The notes beneath the pieces were generated by a model that did no database searches, had not been told where the DNA came from, and was given only the letters and a program-made list of their open reading frames with translations. A stretch of 64,000 nucleotides of DNA, from the NCBI GenBank assembly GCA_044892525.1, contig CM097887.1, positions 88,390,397 to 88,454,396 of the forward strand, written 5' to 3'. The stretch comes from Schmidtea polychroa. Lineage: Eukaryota. Position numbers and translations under genes: made by a program. Below, in pieces: positions 35,712-49,700 of this stretch (its first letter is position 1; every line of letters begins with the position of its first letter).

Positions 35712-38700
35712 AATAAATATTGAATAGATTACCCGAAATTTATTTCAAGAGTTTAATAAATATTTAATAAATATATAATAAATATATAATTTTGCGAACT
35801 TTACAGTTTTAACTTTTTCTTTGAAAAATTGATAAGATCTAATCCAAATTAAGAACAGAAAAGGTTGATATCATATACCGTATAACTTCAATTCTTTTAC
35901 ATATTCTAATATCAAATATTCCACACAAATATAATTGCAAATAACATTTTAGAAAGAGAGAGAGAGTTACAAGTAAATTACAACAAAAACAATGAAATTA
36001 AACATTCGACTTACAAATATTTTTTTTGTATTTTGTCTTTTGGCAAATATGACTTTAGGTATTTAAGTACTGAAAATGACTTTTCTGTTGTACAAGTCGA
36101 TATATATGGAAATTAGCAAATTTCTTAAGAGAATATAAATATTTTTATAAAAAAATGGAGAACATAATACAAATTCACAAATAACAGTTGTCGATTTTAT
36201 ATTAATTTATTCAAATATTTTGAATTTAAGTTAAAACTTATATTTAACTCTACGGCGCGTGTACTGCAATATTTGACACAAAACAAAATTAGATACTTAC
36301 GGTAGATAGTATAAAATCATCAAAATTCGTATTGTATTATGTTTAATAGGCTCTCATTTGATATTTTATGACGGTACAAATAGTTTTCTATAGACAATTA
36401 AAAGTGGATCACTCTAACATTAAGGATTTTGTTTTCATGGCAATATTTTATTCGGTATACGTTGATCAAGTTAGAAAAATGTTGACTCCACTTTCAAAGT
36501 CTGGAATCCTATTCTTATTATATTATAAGAACTTTTTTTTCCAATTTCACCACTGATTTCTTTTCCGTTGTATTTATTAAAAAGAACTNNNNNNNNNNNN
36601 NNNNNNNNNNNNNNNNNNNNNNNNNNNNNNNNNNNNNNNNNNNNNNNNNNNNNNNNNNNNNNNNNNNNNNNNNNNNNNNNNNNNNNNNNNNNNNNNNNNN
36701 NNNNNNNNNNNNNNNNNNNNNNNNNNNNNNNNNNNNNNNNNNNNNNNNNTTATTATGATTGATTTTAATTAATAATTTAGCCAGTAAATTAGAGTCTGTA
36801 AATATTATAAGTAGCATGTAGTGAACCCGCTGCACCAAAACGAATAATGCTATCCCCATCGCAAGGAGGGGATATTGAAAATTATCAATATACCGCTAAC
36901 ATTCTTTTCTTCCCACACTCTCAAAATATTTTTAATTTTTCATTTCACAGCAATTAACTGGACAGATTTCAAAGTTTTATAGGTCATTCGATTCGCAACA
37001 ACCTCTTTTACAAAGTAACTGATGATTTACTAGGAAAAAGACAATTCATTTAAAAAAAAACATAAACATTAAATATTTATTTTTATCAATTCCTTGATTT
37101 CAAAGATTTTCAATTCATTCGATTCTTCACAGAATGATTTTCTTAAAAAAATATTTCAATCATATTTTTATAAATTGCCTATGCATTTCTAAATCCTGGT
37201 TGAAAATAAACATGTACTTCTAACTAAATAACTCTATATATCTTTAATATTATATAAAATATAATTTTTATTGATTTGTTTAGTTCGAATTTACACATAA
37301 CATGCATATAGAAAGCCAATCACCATTATGTAAATTTTTAATAATATTTGGATACAACCTTATGATTTTCAACAGATACATTTTGCCTGAATTTTTTTCT
37401 AACTTCTTACAATTTATTGACTTACAATATATTAACTAATACAGTCGAACCTGTTTTTGTGAGATTTTTTATGAGATATATGAAATACATTGTGATTCTG
37501 TTCGCCATATAGGTTAGGTCAATTTCAACGGTGTTGGCATCACTTTGTTTTCTGACAGTGCTTAAGTACATATTACATCAACCAATTTTAATATATCTTG
37601 CACTATCTAATGACATTAGTTAATTACCTACTTTCGAAGGACGTACATACATATCTTTTAACATTAAGAGAGGATTCATTTTCTAATGAGATTAAAGGTA
37701 AATTGATTATTTTTTTCTATTTAAATATATGGAGTATATATAGTTTTATATAATTTCTATTTTATTTTTGGAAATAAGTACTCTGTTAAAAAATTGTAAA
37801 AAAACACTACGAGTTCTTTTCTGGTAAAGCATTAAAAGAGGTATGTAAAAGAAATGTTTGCAAATCGAATGAGCTATAAAAAGTTAAAATCCGTCGAGTA
37901 GATTGCTGAGAAATCCCAAAGTCAAATCTTTTTGAAGCTGCGACATTTTGGAGTAAGATTTTTCATTTATTAAAGTTGTTCAGTAAAGCTCTCTTTATAT
38001 TTAATAATTTTATATATGTTGGAAATCGAAAATAAACTAGAATTTATTAAATAGATTTAATTAATTAGATATCTTAATTTATTAGTGACGTACATTGTAA
38101 AATTATGTTTAAAACAAATCTGTTATAAATGTCATTTATAATTTATTTAGGAAAAAGGATAATGAAAGAGTTCGTGAAACTGAGATATGGAGTATTCAGT
38201 GAACGCCCATACAAGAATGTTTTGTTTGTTCATAATAACATTAGTTTGATAAAAGGAATGTAAGTAAATATGTGTATAATACAATGAAATAAATAAATCA
38301 TATATAAAATATAATAGACAATATTTTAGCATACTCCAATGATGATAATAATACAAATAATAATGTTGACATCGCTAAAAGTATGAAAATGCATAAATAA
38401 ATTCAGGCTTTATTTGAATATTTTGTTTTAATAAAATCTTTTTTACAAACTATAAATTATATTTAAAATAACACTAAGAATATTATTAATTTTAATTTTG
38501 CAACCACTTCAATGCTTCAATATATGAATCCCCCGGAAATTTTTTAAAATATTTTAAAGAAAAGTTTCTAAAAAACTGGAAAATCTTTTGGAATTAGGAA
38601 GATTAGTTTAATTGAATATGAAATGATAGTAAAATTAACAAAGATTCAAAACAAAGTTAAAAACTTTGAACTTGAAAATGTAGAGTTTAATTTTTCTACA

Positions 38701-40642
38701 GAAATGATACAAAAGGTTGTCTGAGACATAAATCTTTTAAAGGAGTTCAATATCTATCGAAAGACATGTACATATATAAAACAATAAATGATTTATTTAC
38801 ATAAAATAAAGAAAAAACATATTTGATGAAAGAATTACAAAATTTCAAAGAAATTATGAATAGATCCTTATGAAAATTTAATGTGATATTTTTAAGATGC
38901 CAGTGATAAAATTGCAACCGCATGACCTCCTAGATTATATTAAATTGTCTTATTAGAGAATTAATCATTAATTCAAAATAATCCTTTCGCTCCCTGGAAC
39001 TATTTTATCATTTGTGCCCTGCGATTCCCACTGTGAAGTACTTTTGATATGCTCTTATCAACGGTGTCCATAATTTAAGTAATTTACGTAAGTTAATTAT
39101 AGTACAACTGGTCGATATGAAATTTTGAAAGAAAGCATTGTTCTTGACGACGAATCTATCTGGCAAATTTCAACTTGATCCAATCACGGGAAGTTGGTTA
39201 ATTTGCCGCAGCAAGATTTGCGTGGGTCATACAAACATTCGAACATTCAAGCATACATAAAAAGTTAAGTTAATATATAGAGTTTAAAAATACTTGCAAA
39301 TTATATTTTAAAATTTAGAATATAAAAATAAGGAATATTTGTTATAATAAAAGTGAATTAAAAATTCAGTAATTTTTTGATTGATTTGAAATAAAACTTT
39401 ATCATTGATTTAGTATGAATGGATAACTAAAATTTAAATACAAATAAAATATAAAATATAATAAGTTTTGTGTTTAATTTTTAAATTACATTTTTAAAAT
39501 AAGTGATTTTAAAATATAGATGTAATCAAAACATTAAATGGAAAGTAAACAACTCTCCTGAAAAATGCAGTGATGAAAATTCTGTTTGTAAATACACAAT
39601 TGATGGAAACCAAAATCATAACTACTCCATAATGTTCGATAGTGACAGCCATACAGTATGTTTATTTTTATTATTATTTCATAATAATGACAATAATAAT
39701 AGTAATAATAATAATAATAATAATATAAAGTGATGATTTCTTGGTAGCAGCATTAATTAAATTTTAAACAATTAAATGATAATACATATAAAAATTTGTC
39801 AAATTGACAAGCAGACAAGTATACCTCAGTAATACGGTGAGAATGGTCCCAGACCACAGCCACATTGCGAGTCACTTGCTGTTTTTTCACTCGATACAAC
39901 ATATAAACACCTTAAAACTTGTTTACACTATCATTTATTATTTGCTCAATAGCACTAGGCTAAAAAAACAGTTTCAATTTAAAAATAAAATACGTAATGA
40001 ATGGGTAAATAAAATAAAGATAATATATTTTAGCTTTTAAAACTTTATTAATATCATTGAAGGAAGGTTGAAAGAGATAGTTGAGAATCGTCATCTGACT
40101 CTTCTACGAATCTAATTCTCTTCTGATGGAAAGTCTAGCGTTGATATTGATGGTTGTTGAGGCGATGAAGGATGTTGAATGATATGATTTGAAGGTGGGG
40201 TATTTGCGTCACTGGCTTAAAATAAGATGTCAATGACGTTTGGTTCATTGAACATCTCTTTCTCTCTCGAAGAATTTCAGTGTAGCATGTGATGTCATTT
40301 AGCAATCTTTTGCCAACTTTCGAACTTCTCTCAAAGTTATTGTCAATTCCGGCTCTTCTTTTCACTAGTCTTATGGACCATGTATATATGGGTATACAGT
40401 GAAGGTATGTATACGTAATATAAATGCGTATTAACACAATTGTAACACTATTAAATTTGGCGGTCAAGTGTAGAGTGATGCGCGTGGAAAATCTTTTAAT
40501 TAAAAGCTGTATAGCGCATGGTTGGTGTAAGAGCAAGACAAGCGCCGAAATATATTTTAGCGCCGTAAAACGAGGCATTTTTTCATTTGTATTAAATGTA
40601 TTATTCGCAGCAAAAGGCTTAATATATCATTTAATTGTTTAA

Positions 40643-40731
<89 letters not shown>

Positions 40732-43700
40732 AATTTTCATTTAGAATTTTATTTATCTTCCTTCCTGCTTTGTATNNNNNNNNNNNNNNNNNNNNNNNNN
40801 NNNNNNNNNNNNNNNNNNNNNNNNNNNNNNNNNNNNNNNNNNNNNNNNNNNNNNNNNNNNNNNNNNNNNNNNNNNNNNNNNNNNNNNNNNNNNNNNNNNN
40901 NNNNNNNNNNNNNNNNNNNNNNNNNAATATTTCATATATGGTATTTCATATGTCTGAAAAAGTACGAGATATATGGAACACAATTAATTTATGTAATTAA
41001 GTGTACAATAGTACAAAATTAAAAAAAGGATTATTTTGGCTTAAATCAAAATAATTTATAGAGTCTAATGCAATAAATTATGAGATACTAAGGATTTAGA
41101 GCAACGATTGGCTTCTTATATGTAAATAATAAATATTTATTTTAATCCAGAGGTTCCCAAATGTTTTTGTGTCGTAGACCCCTTGCCATGTTTTTCAGTT
41201 TTGGGTGACCCCCTACTCACCAGATATTGATTTTTTGTAAATTTCTAACTGTAGTGAAGTTTAATGTTAAAAACTTAAAGTAAAAACACATGTTAAGTTT
41301 CATACATTTATTAATTGAATTTAAATTAAAACTACTCAAAATAAAATTTTGTATCTGTTATATAAAATATACGTAGCATAAAATAAACTAAACAAGAAGT
41401 AAATGTAAAAGTGGGAAGGATGAACCTGATGCTTTATTAATAAATTATCAATTTTATAAGGTTTTATCTTAAATCTTCTCGGCTAATGATGTCCAGTCTG
41501 TTTCTTTTTTTCGTTAGGAGATTGGGAAAAGCACTGAACCATCTTTCCACTAGGTATGACGATGGAAAGGATATTAAAAATTTCCATAATACGGGCTAAG
41601 TAACGGGTATGTTTTTTTGGAGTCAGAATTGCTGATATCCGTTTTTAAACTGAACCTTAAGTTCTTCGTTTGTACTTATTTCAGTCAGTTCCTCCTGTAT
41701 TATGACATTCGTTTCTTCTATGTCATCAAATGGGTTAATTATCCACGGTGGTATTACTATAGTCAAAACATCCTCAAACCTAGTTTCAAAATCTGAATTA
41801 TCTAAATAATTTTTTTTTCTTTATGAATTATTTAAATGTTGAACATAGGATGAAACGACGTCTTACTGGCAATTTGTCTGTGACAAATTGAGGAACTGGG
41901 AAAATTCCTTTGGACAGCCAGCGTACTTCAGTGTGAAGGAGTAATCGATGAAAGTGTTCGTCATTTTCTTCACACAACTGCTCAAATAACCGCATTGCTT
42001 CGGATTCGGTTTACAGCATCAATGACTAATTTAAGAAATTCATGCAATCTAATACTCAAATTTTAGTAACTAAATATTGTCGATGGATGACGCTATGTAT
42101 TGCTGACACTCCTGACACATTTTGCTTTAAATAGCTTATAAATCCACGATAATGTCCAACCACAGCAGGAGCTCCATCTGTAGCTACTGATATTATATTT
42201 GATAAAGGGATTCCTTTTTCAATGAAGTAATCCTTCAAAACATGAAATATTGATTCACCTTTAGTGTCGGTTGTCAAAGTTCTTCGTAGATTTCTTGATT
42301 AATAATAAAACGAAAATATGCCAATAATAATGCTTCATCACCAGGTAAAGTTAACTAGTCCAGTTGTATAGAGCAGCCTTTCCCAAAGTTCTTTACCCCG
42401 GCACCCTTTTTGATTTCATATTTTTGACGGAACCCTATACACAAGATTGACTCATTTGTTGATCTTTTTTATTGAGAATGATCACTTTTTGTAAAAGTGC
42501 TAGGCTTCGGTTCTTCAGAAATATCTTCAGCAGTATTGTTGAAGTGTTTTTATTTTTTAAAGTCCCTTGTTTGAACCAAAGTTCCATCATCACAAAAGTT
42601 TTGGTTAACTATTCACAAAATTTATCGATAGTAAACAAATACTCATACGATGATTTTCAAAAATTGAAAAAATAATTTACTCTTTTATCAAATATTATTA
42701 AAACTAATTATAAATTCGTATTTTTAATGCGTATTTTAAAACAACATAATTAAAAAAACTGTGGTTTACTTTTGAGAAAGAATTGAAAAAGAATTTTAAA
42801 TTGGATCGAATAAAATCGAGAATTATTTATTGATCTTTTTTTTATAAATCTTTTTTTTATGAATTATTTATTTACAAAATGTTCGCGGAACCCCTGCTAT
42901 CAGTCCACGGAACCCCAGGGTTCCGCGGAACACACTTTGAGAAACGCTGCACTACACAAATTGATAATATTTGACAATTGATAATTAAAATTTGAATATA
43001 TTTTTATCATTGAATATACAAACAAACGTTTAAAAATATTATTTAATTTCATGACATTGATCAGTGTATGTTGAGATCCACTATCGTGGACCCCCAATAT
43101 TTTTTCGCTGATGTAGACCCCTTGCAGGTTGTCATAGACCCCTGGGGGTCGATATAGACCACTTTGGGAATCACTGCTTTAATCTAATTTATTTTTATTA
43201 TAACTATAACATATTATAACATATCAAAAGTAAACAAAATTATCCACGTTAATTGTTATTTAAAACTATTTAGCTTTTTTATTACATTATTATTATTTTT
43301 TATTTTTATTATTTAAAATTATCAATTCCTTTTCAGAGTGATTATTTCTGTAATGACAATGATAGACCTCACAATCATCTTGCCTATAATTTACATAATA
43401 TATTTTGCAATGGTAAAAGTGTTTCATCTGTTATTATGAAGCATCAAGATTTTAGTAAATAAAATATTTTTGTATTATATTGCTTATAACATTGCTTATT
43501 TTAAGATAAGAAATCTGCTAAATCTAACTCTTATAAAAATCCAACTTTTCAAATATTACTACAAAGAGGTAGACAAATTGTTTTGGTATTGGATCGTTCA
43601 GGCAGCATGAATGAAGTAAATTAATAGTTTATTTATTTTTTATTGAAATAAAGTAAAACCTTGAATTAAAAGGACCAGTAAATACTGAAAGTCCGTAATA

Positions 43701-46700
43701 TATAAGAATAGGTTTTTTTAAATGTGTTATTTTGAAAAATTGACAAATTTATTGGTGTACTTTTTTTGTATTCTTGTAGGTGTAATTTAATTTAAGTATT
43801 TCCACCATTTCCAAATTCAACTATAAGCAGAAATATGTATACACTGTCCGTTGAATACACGCACACTTACTAGTAAAATACAATCCAAACCACGAGGCAA
43901 AAGTGAAATATATCCGGTTCTGCCCACAAATAGTAAGATGAAAATTGAGCACACAATTTTGAGTTAATTACGTATTATGCAACCACAATACAACGTGAAT
44001 AATATTCACTGAATATTATGTCCAAATTGTCTGCTTATAACAAATTTAATTTGGAAATTGTGTATAAAAATGTTTATCACTTATAACATATTATTATAAT
44101 AATATTACTGTATTTGGTTTACTGTTATAATACTTAATATTTAAACAAATTGTCATTTATTTTCAATTAATTTAATAAATTTACTCTTTCATAATAAAGT
44201 ATAAATGGCCTGAAATTCTTAATAAATATGACAGTTTCATTCCAGTAAAAATAAAATGGACATAAAAAAATTATTTTAAGAAAACTTTAAGAAAATGTAA
44301 ATTTAATGAAAAATATTACTCGAATACATATATTTATTTTTGAACGATATCGTTCAAGACCTCGGAATTATTATCAACCAATTCTTTCTTGATTTATAAT
44401 ACATATCATTGCTAGATGGTAAAACTACTTGTTCTCCAATCGTTGTTATCCTTAACTATAAAACCACTAAAACATCTCGTATTCCTCGTAATTTGCAAAA
44501 ATATAATGAATCCATAATCAAGGAACTAAAATCTTAATATTCAAACAATTTTATTTTAAACATCAAATCATAGTTTAAAATTATAATTCAAAATTGCAAT
44601 TCCATGAGTTATTGTTGTAATTAAATACTGAGTTATAATTAATTAAATGTAATCATTTTTAATTGACGAATTTTCATTTAATTAATTAATATATATATAT
44701 ATATATATATATATTAGCTAAATCACAGAAAAAATATCTGTAAACTTGTAAACATGGCGTATGAAAAATCATATTCACATCTTGAGACACCGTCTATACA
44801 CCGTCTATACAATAGAGTTGAATAATCAATATTGCATACTTACCTGGCGCGAAGAGAAATCTTCGCGTCTCCTGCATAGTACTGATGAGAGCCGAAAGCT
44901 CGAAACTAGTCTACTATTGAGATTTGCACTGGGTATCACACATCTTTTAATGTTTATATATATATATATAGAGTATTTATTAAAAGGCTTGACTATAAAT
45001 CAATAAATATATCGATATTTTTGATATATCTACTGATTTATAGTCATGCTTTTCAATAAATACAATGTCAATGGAAAAGAAATCAGTGGTAAAATTGGAA
45101 AAAAAAGTCCTTATAATATATATAATCTGGAGAGAACTAAAAATAAAAGTTGAAAATATTTTACATAAAATAAATTTTTATTTATGTTATAATTTTGTAG
45201 TTTGCAGACAAAGTCAAAAACGTAGTTGGTAAGTTCATCATGGAATATGTTGAGGAGTCCGCTGAAATCTCTATTGTTACGTATAACAAAGGAGTAAATG
45301 TAGTTTCACCGCTTACAAGTGTTAGCAGTGTCAATACAAGAAAATATTTAAATGATCAAGTTAAAATGATCAAATATTTCGGGTTATCCAAAATTGGTAA
45401 AGGAATAAAAACAGGAATGAAGGTAAGATCTTCTATTTTTTATATTTTATTTTAATTATAAATTAAACGATACTTTTTTGCTTTATATTTTGATTTATTC
45501 AGCTTATGAATAAAATATATTTAATTCGTAACGTAATTACCATGTTGAGTGTTTTGAGTAGCATACCATCTCTCATGTAATAAACATATTAAGGCTGCCT
45601 TAAGGCGGATTTGGTTTCACGCATCATTTTACCACTGAGACCACATGCAAGAAACTTTACTTTTCAAATATATATAAGTTTTGTGGAACTTCATAAAGTA
45701 TGGCCCCATGATTCAGACCAATTTCTGTAGTGTTACGGCACTCAACGTGTTGAATGGTTCATGATCTGTGAAAAAACCTTGTAATCCATCAAACTGATAT
45801 GAGCTTTCAGTAATTGGTTTGTATTATATAAATTGATAAGTATCAATTTAAGATTACTCGTATACCCTAATTTTCCACATTTCAGTTTAGAACTTAAAAG
45901 GGTTTCATTGCTATTTTTGGCTATATAGGTGATTGGCAATAGTTATACTATTTTAGCTAAACATGTGGACTTCTCAAAATGTTTACTTTGTTTTAGTCAA
46001 CGCGTTCGATAAATGCTTTTAAAATATCTTTTCCCGCTGTATTACCATGCATAGATTCGAGTGTCTAGTTACAATTGCCAAACATGGTATTCCATTTATG
46101 TGAATACTCTCATCAAGTGCCACACTGAGGACGTAAACATTTCTTAACGCATCAGTGTGCTGTTCTTTTATATTTTGAACCATTTCTGTAATGCGTCTTT
46201 CAACTGTCCTAGCAGAAGTAGGCATTTCTTTTATCCTTGAAATAATGATGTTTTATTGGGAAGATCATCAAACAGCACTTCAGAGCACTTGAGGAAAATC
46301 TCTTTATTATAATCACTGTCTGTAAATGGCTTTCCAAAATTTACAATGCACTGCAATTTGGCCGCTAGGTTCAGTTGCTTGGTTTTTTCTACCAATCATG
46401 TTTACGAAAACGTTTGTTTGCTTCTCATAGTGAGCCAGAGCATTTTTAATTGATTCATTTTGGTCTGCATCACACTAGAAAAATTCCTTGTGTTTCGTTT
46501 CACAGTGACGTTTTACACTTGATGTTCTGGTAACAACACTTTCCAAACATAAGGCACACAAAGTACGATAATTTTTAAAAATAAACCCATATTCTGTTGT
46601 CCAAGAAGGTTGAAATAAGCGAATTTCAAACTTCATTTTTTTGGAACACGCCATATTGCATATTTAAATAGAACAAGTTTATAATGAGTATATATTATGG

Positions 46701-49700
46701 CAGTAAAAATAAAATTTACTGAACTTCTTACTATTTTAGCTAAATACTATTTATAAAACTAAGCAATAAAGAACAAGTCATAGCACGTTAACAATCGCCG
46801 GCTCACTTTCAAAAATAATCTCATGACTCATGAGACCAGAGTTACCAACTTAACAGAGATACTTTTGAAATAAATCTCATAGTCTGGCAACCTATCACAA
46901 GTCTATGCAGAGGGCTCGACTATGTTGGTACGAAATATTTGAGTAGAATTACACACTGGTCTTAGTGACATTTTTATAGTCAATTTCCTGTTGATTTTTA
47001 TAAATTATTAGTAATTAGACCGATTTTAAATAAAAAATTAATTTTATAACAAATCGCTTTACGTGCTTAGTGATTCGGCTTCGCGTTCCAAGTTTGGCAC
47101 ACGTGCCTTAGGTTGCCAATCCCTGATTTAGACAATGCCTACTGAATGAATTCAAGAAAGATAATAACAATTTTATTGGCATCTACAGGGCCACGTGGAT
47201 CAGTTTCGAATAATAACAGTTTGTCCATTTCAATATCATGAGATAATGCCATCCTTGAACGAAATTGAATGAAATCAGGATATGGAATATAATTTTTATT
47301 GTAATATGATAGCGCTATCATTGAACAACCTAATGATCGCATCTCCGCCGATTGGGTATAGAGCTTATTAATATCCGCGATAGAACGACATATTATGTCA
47401 CAAGGCATTTTATATCCAATTTTAGATTTAAATCGAGCTGCTTCCACTTGTGCACGACATACGTGAGATCGACAATCAGGGATCATACCAGTCATAACAC
47501 CTCCAGTACTTTCAGTAATATTAAACAATCTTGTAGCTGAACTCTTCTCAATCATTTTATCTGGAACCTTTCTTTGTGTAGCTACTACACCATAATTATT
47601 GCCTCGAATACCAACGGAAAGCAATCCATCTAATGCCATTGCCTTAAATGCATATTCGACTTGGAATAATCTCTTTTCAGTTGTCAGAACAATCTTCGCT
47701 TCCATATTTCCGATTTAAAAAATCCACAATTCCAGAATTCGAAAATTTACCCGTAAAACAAAACGACAAATAATTTTTCTCGCGTCTGTGTGCGCACACC
47801 AACAATACTCGATCAAATAATACTGCGCACACAGACGCGATACAGAAGACTCCAAACAACTGCCAGTCCAGAGGCAATCCCCCTCTGATTGGTCGAAACA
47901 CCTACAGTTACTAGTAAATGCATACATTAAATAAATCATTCAGGCAAAGTATACAAATTGAAAGGCAATAGGAAAAAAATGATCTTACATTAAAAACAAT
48001 ATACTTCGTAATTCTAAATGTCACTCTAGTATATCATATTGTAATAAATAATTTTTTGTAAGACTTTTATTTTAATTGTTTCTTAATGATTTCACATCGT
48101 CAGTTAACAGCATTTACGATTGCAAAACTTGTAACATTAAAGTTATTAAATCAATATTTAAACGATATAATATGCATTCTGTTGCTACTTTGTATGCATT
48201 TACTAGTGATTGTATACTTTAACTGAATTTAAAACTTTAACTGTAACATAACTACTAAATAACTTCTAAATTTAAAATTATATCTCAATCAACATTAAAA
48301 CCATAAAAAACAAATGGCATTTAATTCGTCCTTGATCTTTCATGGGATCCAAACCAATAGAAAATTTAAAAGTTTTAAAATGAAGAAATTTAAACATTTG
48401 TTGGGTTAATAATTAGTAAGTTAGTTAATTTCTGACTCCTCGTATTCCCTTTTATAAATATATTGACTAAGACCAAATACAGAACAAATTTATTGACTCT
48501 AAATATAATTTACAAAATCGTCACAATGTTTGATCTCTTCATTCAATACAAATTTTTACACTTTAGGCATAAAACCGAATGAATAATCTATTTTATGGAT
48601 ACATCTATTTTAGTGAAGAACTCGAATACAATTATTTTTGCCTCCTCCACTGTTTTTATCTTTTTGACACTAACTTTATTTTTGATTTCTTCTACCAACT
48701 GGAAATTCATCTTTTTTCAACTCTCGTCTTATACTGTTGAATAAATGATGATTTGATTGATATCGGCCGAATTTTCCCGAATTTTGAGCCTGATTGTTAT
48801 AATAATAAATTAATTCGTCCGTCTTTTCACTTTACACCTGAGCGGTTTTATCAACAATTATTATGGTGACTATTCAGGGTTTCTACATAGTTGGGCTCTT
48901 TAAACCGTGGGTGAAATACCTGTTGATTTAAATTATTTAATCATTGTACATATTTTACATAAAATATTATTTAGATCTATATTACTTAGCGTTTATAACA
49001 TATCTATACAAGTTATACATGCTACTCTTAACCAATATTATATTTTTACGCTCAGTATTCAAGAAGATGCATATTTATTAGCAGAGGACAGTCAAGGTTT
49101 ATTCATGAATTCTTTTACTTACACCTAATCTAAATACTTTAAAATATTGGCAATTAGAATGTTAAATTCTTTTATTTTTTGTTTATATTGAAAGAATTTC
49201 TAAATTTGACACTTTTAATGATGATCCCTTTTTCTAGATTTTGCTTGGAAATAGTACAAAAACTCGAAATGATTTGCAAACAATGATTTTAATAACCGAT
49301 GAACAAATTTCGAGAGACAAAAAATTTAAATATTCTGATGTCATAAAAGCATTGAAAAAGTCGAATATTATCCTTCATGTATTCTCCTTCAATAACAAAT
49401 CGGATTCGACTCTAAGGAAATTAGCCAATAGTTCAGATGGAAGTTATGCAAGATTATTAGGAAACTTTTCGTTTGATAAAATCTTTATGAAATTGTTACT
49501 GAAAAATAAAACAAAAAACTTGAATAAGGTAAGTCTTGTATATTACTTAAATAATTATCTGATCCCATTTACAAATTTCTAGTCACCTTTTATCAAATTT
49601 AAGTAATTTGCTTTCGATAGTTTTGTATATTTAATATACGACTGGGCTTCCTACTCCAAAAGTTTCATCATGTACTTTGCGTTTCACAGTTAAACTATTC

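Noticed and set aside
35449-41000. ORF-track poly-Leu (35449-35727) and poly-Ile (40635-41000) proteins and X-rich ORFs
   Set aside because: Translations of microsatellites, a MITE and N-gaps.
44836-45000. Full U1 snRNA gene
   Set aside because: Only the first ~14 nt match; no U1 stem-loops or Sm site follow.
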